Shown here: positions 1 to 8,051 of the stretch, in pieces | Numbering within the stretch: position 1 is the stretch's first letter | Layout: the number at the start of each line of letters is the position of its first letter | Assembly: GCA_964615185.1 (NCBI GenBank) | Contig: CAZTOS010000008.1 | Span: 1 to 47,081, forward strand | Length of the DNA stretch: 47,081 nucleotides | DNA from: an uncultured Thermococci archaeon | GTDB lineage: Archaea; Methanobacteriota_B; Thermococci; Thermococcales; Thermococcaceae | Direction of reading: 5' to 3' | Notes under the pieces: generated by a model | The model's input: the letters and a program-made list of their open reading frames with translations, nothing else | What the model was told of the DNA's origin: nothing | Databases searched by the model: none | Program-made: the position numbers and the translations under genes

Positions 1-602
1 ATTTATTTGGAGAGCCAAGCACTGATTATGAAATGAATTCAGCCGGTAAATATGAGCCGGTAGAAAGATTTTCAAAATTTGTTAATATGCCGGAACTCAT
101 GAGTCGAGTCAGGCAGTTTATGGATGTTCTTACAAGTTCTCAATTAGGGACCCGAGTTGTACGTCCAGATATCAAAGGTGGTGTTCCTGAAATTATTCTG
201 GCTCCACAAAATGCTGCTCTTAAAGATTATCAGGATAATGTCTTGCAGCCTCGGATTAAAGCCAGTCGAGAATGGAAGCCATCAAAGGATCAACCAGGGA
301 ATCCCGATCCTATCATCAATATTATTACTGATGGCAGACTGGCATCTATTGATATGAGATTTGTTGATCCAAATGTCAAAAATGATCCGGACAGTAAATT
401 AAACCACTATATTGATGGTATCATTGAAGCATATCGAGAGTCACAAGATAATAAATATGCCATGTCCTATGGGTCTAATAAACAATCTCTTGTCAAAGGT
501 GGGTCTCAGGTTTGTTTCTATAATTCTGGTTTTGGGAAAAGCGTTACAAAAAGAAGGGGATTCGATTCAAAAACCTGGTTGATGAAGCGATTGAAAAAAC
601 TG
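1..602 (+). CDS. Internal fragment of a large SNF2-type helicase/DNA methylase protein (DarB-like, phage/ICE type), open at the left edge and cut off at the junction with hsdS
   Basis: Frame is open from position 3 (LFGEPSTDYEMNSAGKYEPVERFSKFVNMPELM). RFxxFxNxPEL and IITDGRLASIDMR...DPDSKL resemble the inter-helicase region of DarB/N12-class methylase-helicase proteins (recognised from memory). Confidence 0.6.
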
Positions 603-1309
603 ACTTGGCAATTGAAAAGACGGAGCGCTTAAAGAAGGGCTTGATGCAGAGGCTTTTGACCAAAGGAATCAAGCACAAGAGGTTTAAGAAAACCGAAATT
701 GGGGAGATCCCTGAGGGGTGGAGGGTTGTAAGGCTTGAAGAGATTGCCGAAATTAAGAGGGGAGCTTCTCCGAGACCTAAAGGGGATCCCAGGTATTTTG
801 GGGGTGAGATTCCTTGGATAAAGATCTCTGATATTTCAAAATACAAAATGGGACTGTACTTGACAAAAACGGAGGATACTGTTACGGAAGAGGGTAAGAA
901 ACGGAGCGTATATTGTCCAGATGGGACTTTAATCGTTTCTAATAGTGGCACTATTGGAGAGCCTGCGATAATAATGACTGGAAAAGGTGGATGCATTCAT
1001 GACGGATTCATTTCGGTTAAACCAAAGAAAAACATTGACAAGGTTTTCTTATACTATTTCTTTGAAACAAAGAAAGAGGAATTACAAGCAAAAGCGCAAA
1101 AAGGAACGCAGGGAAACATGAATACAAAACTATGGAAAATGATCCAACTTCCTCTCCCACCCATCGAAGAACAAAAGAAAATCGCCGAAATTCTCATGAC
1201 TGTTGACAAAAAGCTCGAACTCTTAAGAAAGCGCAAGGAAAAGCTTGAGAGAATTAAGAAGGGCTTAATGAAAGATTTGCTAACGGGAAGGAGGAGGGTG
1301 GGGATTTAA
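578..1309 (+). CDS. hsdS: Type I restriction-modification specificity subunit, C-terminal half only (central coiled coil, TRD2, distal conserved region)
   Basis: In-frame VDEAIEKTDLAIEKTERLKKGLMQRLLTKGI, IGEIPEGW, LPLPPIEEQKKIAEIL, LKKGLMKDLLTG are hallmark HsdS motifs. TRD1 is missing. Confidence 0.95.
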   Translation, partial: VDEAIEKTDLAIEKTERLKKGLMQRLLTKGIKHKRFKKTEIGEIPEGWRVVRLEEIAEIKRGASPRPKGDPRYFGGEIPWIKISDISKYKMGLYLTKTEDTVTEEGKKRSVYCPDGTLIVSNSGTIGEPAIIMTGKGGCIHDGFISVKPKKNIDKVFLYYFFETKKEELQAKAQKGTQGNMNTKLWKMIQLPLPPIEEQKKIAEILMTVDKKLELLRKRKEKLERIKKGLMKDLLTGRRRVGI

Positions 1310-2150
1310 TGCTTGATTTATCATCACTGACAAAGGTTGATATTTCGGTACTTGTTTTAGTAGCCAGTGCCATTTTTTACTATTTTGGGAGGCTAATAGC
1401 AGATACACATGTTGAACAGCCCAACAAGCCCGCTTCTTATGTCACAGGCCTTGTATTTGTAGTGTTCTTTATTGTGGTTCCTTCCATATTTGTATATTAT
1501 CTTCAAAATTATCTTAGGTGGATACCCTTAATTGTGCTAATTCTGCTTCAGATTGTATTTTTCTCTCTGCTTTGGTGGACAACAAGAATATACGAGTATT
1601 TCTGGAAGCATAGCTTGTTGGGGACATTTCAGGATGCATATCAAAAGAAATTTGAAGAGATTAAGCAAAATGATACACATCTCGGAGCATTCTTACGAAA
1701 CTATGAAGGTACTATTAAAAAACTCTAGGAGATCCTGCTTCATTTTTTATTAACACCATGGAACTTATCCGAAAGGTTTCCAGCAACTATCTATTTTCAG
1801 TGGTGACCTCCTTTATCTCGATACTCTCCATAAAACGGGCGATTCAGGAAGATTCCTTAGTTTTTGCTGTGACAAGTTCGATATTAGCATTCTTCATTTT
1901 TACGATGATAGCGCTTGTTTATGGATTCAGCACTGCATATTATCCCCCAGCAATTATTTATCTGAGAGATGGCGAAATTCTCCGTGGTAAACTTCTAAAA
2001 TTTGGAGATTTTGTTTATTTGCTCGACGAAGATAGGAAGGTTAAGGTGTTTGTCAATAAACAAGAGATCAAGTATTTAGAGGAAAGTTTATTTAAAAATC
2101 AATGGCCGGAAAGCCAGTCTAAAAGCAATGAGGATCTGACTTCAATATGA
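1309..2150 (+). pseudogene. Multi-pass membrane protein (~280 aa if intact) split by a frameshift at A6 (1717-1722)
   Basis: ORFs 1309..1728 and 1758..2150 join if one A is added: ATT AAA AAA ACT CTA GGA GAT CCT GCT TCA TTT TTT ATT AAC ACC ATG. Both parts carry hydrophobic helices. Confidence 0.7.
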
Positions 2151-2208
2151 CAAAAAGTATAAGTATCAGATAATCATAAGTGATATACTATCATATGTGG
2201 AGGTTGGG

Positions 2209-2364
2209 ATGCTCCTCGCTCTAGTAGCTTCAGCAGATCTAGTAACTACAGTGATGCTAATACAACTTGTAACGGGGGTGATGGAGATGGCCACATGGCT
2301 GTCCGTATGCCTACAGAGACATAAGGGTGGAGTGGCGGTCCCCCTCTGGGGTCGGAGGTACTAG
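2209..2364 (+). CDS. Putative 51-aa hydrophobic small protein (MLLALVASADLVTTVMLIQLVTGVMEMATWLSVCLQRHKGGVAVPLWGRRY)
   Basis: GGAGG RBS at 2199-2203, AT-rich TATA-like sequence at ~2157-2165, hydrophobic N-terminal two thirds and a basic tail. Below the ORF-track cutoff. Confidence 0.4.
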   Translation: MLLALVASADLVTTVMLIQLVTGVMEMATWLSVCLQRHKGGVAVPLWGRRY

Positions 2365-2447
2365 GGGATCGTCATACAGGGTGAGGAGCATTTCACCCTC
2401 GCTCCCCAGAGGGTGTGGGGGGTTCGACTCCCCCACCTCCGCCCGCA
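2325..2447 (+). ncRNA. GC-rich tRNA-like structured RNA (acceptor-like stem and perfect T-arm, no D-stem)
   Basis: GGGTGGAG(2325-2332)/CTCCGCCC(2437-2444); CCCTCTGGGG/CCCCAGAGGG; GGGTGAG/TTCACCC; T-arm GGGGG-TTCGACT-CCCCC. Confidence 0.6.
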
Positions 2448-2543
2448 TAGAGTCAAGAATGGAAAGTAAGTTTTAGAATTTGTCTTGGGATCTCCGCTTA
2501 TCTGATTGATGTTAACCCCTTTAACTACCCACTCAAAAATAAA

Positions 2544-2592
2544 CACCAAAACCTTAAATCCTTCAAGAATAAAATTTCTTATGGTGGGAGTT
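2544..2592 (+). promoter_or_regulatory. BRE/TATA promoter and leader of vapBC pair 1 (near-copy at 3268-3315)
   Basis: CACCAAAACCTTAAATC is identical at 2544-2560 and 3268-3284, followed by similar ATAAAATTYCTTATGGTGRGAGT. Confidence 0.7.
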
Positions 2593-2790
2593 GTGCAGGT
2601 TATTGAGGCGATTTATGAGGATGGAGTTTTGAAACCTCTGAAAAAGCTAAAGCTCAAAGAGCACTCAAAGGTCATCATCAGGATTATAGATGAGGAGGAG
2701 CTTGAGAAAATCTTGGATTCCATGGTTATCGAGAAAGTTGAGGGCATAGACTATAAGAAGCTTAAGGAGGCTTACTATGAATCATTCTGA
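2593..2790 (+). CDS. Antitoxin, AF2212/DUF104 family
   Basis: VIEAIYEDGVLKPLKKLKLKE motif; overlaps the downstream PIN gene; GTG start after a GGTGGGAG RBS. Confidence 0.9.
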   Translation: MQVIEAIYEDGVLKPLKKLKLKEHSKVIIRIIDEEELEKILDSMVIEKVEGIDYKKLKEAYYESF

Positions 2791-3247
2791 AGTCTTTGTG
2801 GATTCTTCTGTTCTGGTAGGATTGAACCTCGGTGACGAAAAGGCAAAGGCATTAGTGAAGTCGTTGATTGAAAGGGGCTTTACCTTAGTTATAAATCCAG
2901 TTGTTTTCTCTGAAACAGCCTATAAAGTTATGTTTACCTTAGCCCTTCGAGATGGATTAAAGGGCGTTTATGATCTCAAAAAGCATTTGGATAAATACGC
3001 TTGGGTTTATGGAAAGGTCAAGGAATCAATTGAGCAGCTGATGAAGAATGAACTCTTGAGGGTAGTTGAAGTCAACTGGGAAATACTAAAGTTATCTGCA
3101 GAAATCGGGGAGAAATACGCTCTTCTAACCAACGATGCGATAATAGTTGCCACTTGCAAATATTACGGCATTCAAAAAATAGCCACTTTTGATGAAGACT
3201 TTAAGAAAGTTGATTTTCTTGAAGTTGTTGAGCTATCAGAGTCATGA
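2777..3247 (+). CDS. vapC: PIN-domain ribonuclease toxin (VapC family)
   Basis: VFVDSSVL, VFSE, LLTNDAIIVATC and IATFDEDF supply the acidic PIN residues. Confidence 0.93.
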   Translation: MNHSEVFVDSSVLVGLNLGDEKAKALVKSLIERGFTLVINPVVFSETAYKVMFTLALRDGLKGVYDLKKHLDKYAWVYGKVKESIEQLMKNELLRVVEVNWEILKLSAEIGEKYALLTNDAIIVATCKYYGIQKIATFDEDFKKVDFLEVVELSES

Positions 3248-3267
3248 GTCAATTCACAAGGGAGTAC

Positions 3268-3315
3268 CACCAAAACCTTAAATCTCTCCACGATAAAATT
3301 CCTTATGGTGAGAGT
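3268..3315 (+). promoter_or_regulatory. BRE/TATA promoter and leader of vapBC pair 2
   Basis: Second copy of the 2544-2592 element, ending in the GGTGA RBS before ATG 3316. Confidence 0.7.
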
Positions 3316-3501
3316 ATGGAAGAAATCACCATCACTGTGAAGGTCCCCAAAGAACTTGAGGAGAAAATTAAAGAGGAGATTTTGAGGATGAAAGCTAAAG
3401 TCAATGTTCGAGAAGCCCTAAAAAGAGCCAGAGGCTCATTGAAAACTGAAAAAACCTGGCAAGAGTTGGAGGCCGAGGTTTATGATGAGCTTGTTCCTTG
3501 A
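3316..3501 (+). CDS. Putative antitoxin (RHH-like N-terminus, VapB-type)
   Basis: MEEITITVKVPKELEEKI...ARGSLKT..WQELEAEVYDE; 61 aa; overlaps the start of a PIN gene. Confidence 0.8.
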   Translation: MEEITITVKVPKELEEKIKEEILRMKAKVNVREALKRARGSLKTEKTWQELEAEVYDELVP

Positions 3502-3953
3502 CAGCAACGTTATAATTGAAGTTCGCTAAAGACAATCCCAAAGCTGTGGAACTTTTAGAAACTCTTTTCAATGGGGAATTTAGAGTTTTTATCAACAGCA
3601 TAGTCTATAGTGAAGTCTTCTTCATATTCTTAAAGGCAAAAACAGGAAAAGGCTACTGGGAGTTGAAGAAGGATAAAGAAACTGTGAAAGCCACAACTAA
3701 AGAGTTCTTGGAGACCCTTTTCCCATTACTAAGTATACCAGGCTTTTTAGAACCAACACCCGACATCATAATGATCTCAAATGAACTTTCTATGAAATAT
3801 GGTCTGCTTCCAAATGATTCCCTCATATTAGCAACATGCAAATACTATGGAATCCAAGGTCTGGTTTCTCTTGATTCAGACTTTGAGGACGCATGTAGGT
3901 CTGAAGGTGTTCTTTTGATAAATTCGGCTGAAAAATTAAAGTCATTGGTGTGA
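3482..3953 (+). pseudogene. vapC: VapC PIN toxin with a +1 frameshift near 3521
   Basis: MMSLFLDSNVIIE (ATG 3482/3485) stops at TAA 3527-3529. The rest (FAKDNPKA...IVYSEV...LLPNDSLILATC...SLDSDF) is in the next frame, and deleting G3521 restores one ORF. Confidence 0.85.
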
Positions 3954-3956
3954 ATC

Positions 3957-6896
3957 ATGACCGAGTGGGAACAATGTGAAAAACCCACAATTGAAAGGCT
4001 CACCTCATTAGGCTGGCAATATAAGAGAGGGATTGAAGTTCTTGAAGATGAAAAAGAACCCCTCCTAATTTCCCGAGTAAAGCGAGCAATTATGAGAATA
4101 AACAAAGGTAGTGAGAAAGAAGCGGAGGAAGTTATAACTATTCTCAAGACTATCCCCTTTGGCGTTGAAGGCTCCCGTAAACTTTTAGACTACTTGAAAG
4201 ATGATGTTCCCATTAAGGATGAAGAAACTGGCGAGCCAAAACGACTGATGCTCATAGACTATGAAAGTCCAGAAAATAATGAGTTTTTAGTTGCAAATCA
4301 AGTTGGTTATCCCTTTAAAACAAAAATCCCAGACATAGTTCTCTATATCAACGGAATTCCCATTGTGCTGATTGAATGCAAGCGCCTAAAGAAGGATTGG
4401 AAAGAGGCTTATAGGCAGATTAAACGCTACGAAAAAGAGATGCCTGAACTTTTCAAATACGTTCAGTTCAGCGTTGCCATTGGTGACAGGGTCGTTTACT
4501 TCCCAAACGTCCCATGGCTTGAGGATGTTTCAGTTTATGAATGGAAGGGAGAGAGCTTTGATGATCTGGAGAACATAATGGAAATTCTGACTCCGACAAA
4601 TCTTCTTGACATCCTAAAGTACTTCATCTTCTATCGTGAGGATAAGGGAGTTATAACAAAAGTCCTCCCAAGATACATGCAGTTCAGGGCGACAAATAAA
4701 ATAGTTGAGAGGGCAGTTAAATATGCCAAAGGTGAAATTGAGAGAAACAAAGGCTTAATCTGGCACTGGCAAGGAAGTGGAAAAACTTTAACAATGATAT
4801 TCTCTGCTTACAAGATTAAACGCCTCTTAGGAAACCCGACAATTTTCTTCATCGTTGATAGGCGTGAGCTGGAAAAACAGCTTTCTGATGAGCTTAAATC
4901 CATAGGCTTGAGCTTTGAGGTTGTGGGTTCAATTCCAAAGCTTAAAGAGATTCTGATGCACTCAGATGGAAAGAGAGGAATATTCGTAACCCTTATTCAC
5001 AAATTCAGAGAAGAGGAACTCAAAGAACTCAGAGAGCAGCTTAAGAAAGAGAGCAGGCGCAGAAAGACGATAATGAGCCGTAAGGATGTGATAGCCTTCA
5101 TTGATGAAGGGCATAGAACTCAATACGGCGAATTAGCGGCTACAATGCGTTCAATATTGAAAAACGCTTCATTCTTTGCCTTCACTGGTACACCAATCTC
5201 TAAAAAGTACAGGGACACTTATGCAACCTTCGGCTATAGGGATGAGCCTTACCTTGACAGATATTTTATTATTGACTCTATAAGGGACGGCTTCACTGTA
5301 AAGATAGCTTACCAGGTAAGACTCGAGGATGAAGTCAGATTGAGAAAAGAAGACCTTGAAGTATTTTTAGCTTCAAAACTTGAGGAAATTCCAGAAGAAT
5401 ACCGTGAAAAAGTAGAGGAGAAGGTGAAGAAAAAGCTTAATGCTATCAAAATCTTCCTCAAGAATCCAAAAAGAATTGAAAAGATTGCTGAGGATATAGC
5501 CAAGCATTACAAGGAGAGCGTTGAGCCATTCAAAGCCATGGTTGTTGCCGTTGATAGAGAAGCCTGCGTTCTCTACAAAAGGGCTCTTGATAAGTTTTTG
5601 CCCTCTAAATACAGCGAAATTGTGATGACTTTCAACCAAGACGATCCTCAAATAATTCAAGGGTACTTCAACGAGCTCACGAGAAAGTATAGAACAAAAG
5701 ACCAAGAAGAAATTAGAAGAGAAATTATCACCAGCTTCAAGAAGGAGGAGTTCCCAAAGATACTAATTGTCACGGACATGCTCTTAACAGGCTTTGACAT
5801 TCCAATTCTTCAGACAATGTATTTAGACAAGCCTTTGAAAGAGCACCGCTTATTACAGGCAATAGCGAGAACTAACAGACCGTTCTTTAAGAATGGAGAG
5901 AACATCAAGACTTTTGGTCTAATAGTTGATTACGTTGGAATTTTCAAAGAACTTAAGAGAGCTTTGGCGATTTATGACGAGATTGACATCAAGGGTGTTG
6001 CTTACAAGCTTGATGAAATCAAGGAGGAACTTAGGAAAAAGATAAGCGAGGCTTTGGCTTTCTTTGATGGAATTAAACTGAAAAGAGACAGAGATACCAT
6101 AATGAAAGCGGTTTTGATTCTTTTCCAAAAACAAAAAGGTTCAGAATTTCAAAGGCTTTATCGTGAGATCAGATATTATTACAAGCTGCTGAGAGAAGAT
6201 AAAACCGAGTTTAAAGATGCCTTCTCTTGGCTCACTGAAGTTTATTATGCATACAACAGCAAAGTTAACGGCCTTGATCCAGAGATTGAGCAGAAAATGG
6301 ATGCATTCTTTAAAGAAGCGCTCAAATTTATCCATGAAACCATTGACATTGAGAAACTAAGAACTGATTTTCCAATAATCGAGCTTGATGAGGAATTCTT
6401 GAAAAAGATTATGAGAAGCACAAGCAAAGAACAGGCATTTTATGACTTGCTTTTTGCTGTCAGACATTACATAAACACCCATAAGGGACCTTTAACCTCC
6501 GATCTGGTCGAGCAGGTAGAGAGAATAGTGGAGAGGTGGCGCAGTAAAAAGGAGGAAATTGAAGAGCTTTACAAGGATCTGTTTAGGGTTGCCCAGAAGA
6601 TTCAGCAGAGGACTAAAGAGAGGAAAGAGTTAGGGCTGACGGAACTTGAATATGCCTTGGTTATGGTTCTAAAAAGGCACGTTAAAGCAAACACTGCACA
6701 GCTTATAGGCGATGTAAAAGAACTTTTGAATGAGACTGAAAGTTTGAGATTCCCAAGATGGAAAGAGAAGGCAGATGTTGTCAGTGAACTCTCAAGAAAA
6801 GTCATGCTGTTCATAGTTCGTAAGTACAATGAAAAATGTGATAATTTATTCAAGACGAGGGATGAAATCCTTGAGGTGCTGAAGCGGTGGGGTTGA
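3957..6896 (+). CDS. hsdR: Type I restriction endonuclease subunit R
   Basis: PDIVLYINGIPIVLIECK nuclease motif, WHWQGSGKT, IDEGHR, FTGTPI, MLLTGFD, LLQAIARTNR. Confidence 0.98.
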   Translation: MTEWEQCEKPTIERLTSLGWQYKRGIEVLEDEKEPLLISRVKRAIMRINKGSEKEAEEVITILKTIPFGVEGSRKLLDYLKDDVPIKDEETGEPKRLMLIDYESPENNEFLVANQVGYPFKTKIPDIVLYINGIPIVLIECKRLKKDWKEAYRQIKRYEKEMPELFKYVQFSVAIGDRVVYFPNVPWLEDVSVYEWKGESFDDLENIMEILTPTNLLDILKYFIFYREDKGVITKVLPRYMQFRATNKIVERAVKYAKGEIERNKGLIWHWQGSGKTLTMIFSAYKIKRLLGNPTIFFIVDRRELEKQLSDELKSIGLSFEVVGSIPKLKEILMHSDGKRGIFVTLIHKFREEELKELREQLKKESRRRKTIMSRKDVIAFIDEGHRTQYGELAATMRSILKNASFFAFTGTPISKKYRDTYATFGYRDEPYLDRYFIIDSIRDGFTVKIAYQVRLEDEVRLRKEDLEVFLASKLEEIPEEYREKVEEKVKKKLNAIKIFLKNPKRIEKIAEDIAKHYKESVEPFKAMVVAVDREACVLYKRALDKFLPSKYSEIVMTFNQDDPQIIQGYFNELTRKYRTKDQEEIRREIITSFKKEEFPKILIVTDMLLTGFDIPILQTMYLDKPLKEHRLLQAIARTNRPFFKNGENIKTFGLIVDYVGIFKELKRALAIYDEIDIKGVAYKLDEIKEELRKKISEALAFFDGIKLKRDRDTIMKAVLILFQKQKGSEFQRLYREIRYYYKLLREDKTEFKDAFSWLTEVYYAYNSKVNGLDPEIEQKMDAFFKEALKFIHETIDIEKLRTDFPIIELDEEFLKKIMRSTSKEQAFYDLLFAVRHYINTHKGPLTSDLVEQVERIVERWRSKKEEIEELYKDLFRVAQKIQQRTKERKELGLTELEYALVMVLKRHVKANTAQLIGDVKELLNETESLRFPRWKEKADVVSELSRKVMLFIVRKYNEKCDNLFKTRDEILEVLKRWG

Positions 6897-7555
6897 ATTA
6901 TGAAGTAGTTGTGAGGAATATTAAGCACTCGAGGATTGAAATAAAACCAGAGGGTAAAATAAGGATAGTCGTCCCTCCAAATCAGAATCCCGAAGAGCTA
7001 ATTAAGAGAAAAAGAGTGTGGATAGAGAAAAAATTAGCGGAGATTGAAGAGCTTAAAAAACAGTTTTTGCCATTTTCAGATAAATTGTTGCTTAATGGAG
7101 AATTCTATGAAATAATTAATGGGGAAGAGTTTTCAGTTAATCCAAAGTTCAAAGTTGTTTTTCTTCCCAATAATGATCTTGGAATTTTGAAGAGATGGCT
7201 TAAAAATCAGCTCAGGGAGGAGCTTGATTTTAAAGTTAGGCTTTTTGCTTCGATTTTGGGAGTTAAATATAGGAAAATTTACATTAGATTTCAAAGAACT
7301 AAATGGGCAAGTTGTTCGAAAAAGGGAAATTTGAGTTTTAATTTAATGTTAATGGCTTTGCCCGAGAGTTTAAGGGATTACATCATTATTCATGAGTTAA
7401 CTCACATGAAAATACCGAGGCATAGTTCTCAGTTTTGGGGATTGATTGGGGAGTATTATCCTGAATATAAGGAAGCTGAAAAGAAATTGAAAACCTTTTG
7501 GCTTGCTCTTGAGTGGAATAAGGTTTGGAAAAAGCTTAGAAAAACCAAAGCTTAA
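6887..7555 (+). CDS. M48/YgjP-like (DUF45) zinc metallopeptidase-family protein, typical neighbour of hsdR
   Basis: QRTKWASCS, DYIIIHELTH (HExxH), HSSQFW. Confidence 0.92.
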   Translation: MGLNYEVVVRNIKHSRIEIKPEGKIRIVVPPNQNPEELIKRKRVWIEKKLAEIEELKKQFLPFSDKLLLNGEFYEIINGEEFSVNPKFKVVFLPNNDLGILKRWLKNQLREELDFKVRLFASILGVKYRKIYIRFQRTKWASCSKKGNLSFNLMLMALPESLRDYIIIHELTHMKIPRHSSQFWGLIGEYYPEYKEAEKKLKTFWLALEWNKVWKKLRKTKA

Positions 7556-7592
7556 TATCTCTTGAGTGTGAATATCTCTAAAGGTGATCTCC

Positions 7593-8024
7593 ATGACATA
7601 CTGGCTTTGCATTACGAACCGTGACAATTGGGAGGTTATTAAAAAGAAGAACATCTGGGGTGTGCCAAAGAGGCATAAGAACACTATTGCCAAAGTCAAG
7701 CCCGGTGATAAGCTTGTCATTTATGTGAAGCAGGAGAGGAAGGACAAGCAAATTTTAGAGCCAAAAATTGTTGGCATTTTTGAAGTTATGAGCGAGCCTT
7801 ATCAGGATTCAACCAAGATTTTCAAGTCCCCACCACATCTGAACGAAACTTACCCTTTGAGAGTAAAAGTTAAACCAATAAAACTTGGTGAAGTTGAGTT
7901 CAAGCCTTTAATTCCAAAATTGAAGTTCATCACAAACAAGAAGAAGTGGAGTGGTCACTTGATGGGCAAAGCCATGAGAGAACTGCCAGAAGAAGACTAC
8001 AAGCTGATAGAGAGCCTTATCTGA
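7593..8024 (+). CDS. EVE-domain (PUA-like, UPF0310) protein
   Basis: [22 protein letters not shown]...[11 protein letters not shown]...IVGIFEV...YPLR; GGTGA RBS. Confidence 0.9.
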   Translation: MTYWLCITNRDNWEVIKKKNIWGVPKRHKNTIAKVKPGDKLVIYVKQERKDKQILEPKIVGIFEVMSEPYQDSTKIFKSPPHLNETYPLRVKVKPIKLGEVEFKPLIPKLKFITNKKKWSGHLMGKAMRELPEEDYKLIESLI

Positions 8025-8051
8025 ATTCCTAATTTTTGGAGTGTCTTATAA

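Noticed and set aside
629..1270. Repeats AAGAAGGGCTT(G/A)ATG in hsdS as a shufflon
   Set aside because: These are the ordinary duplicated conserved regions of HsdS; there is no invertase or silent TRD copy in the window.
1716..1723. Programmed -1 ribosomal frameshift
   Set aside because: The in-frame phase is T AAA AAA, not a canonical X XXY YYZ heptamer, and no stimulatory structure follows. A simple indel is more parsimonious.
2325..2447. Intron-containing tRNA-Pro(GGG) or tRNA-Sec
   Set aside because: CT-GGG-G resembles an anticodon loop, but there is no D-stem, no bulge-helix-bulge motif, no TCA anticodon and no standard acceptor/T geometry. Kept only as a tRNA-like RNA.
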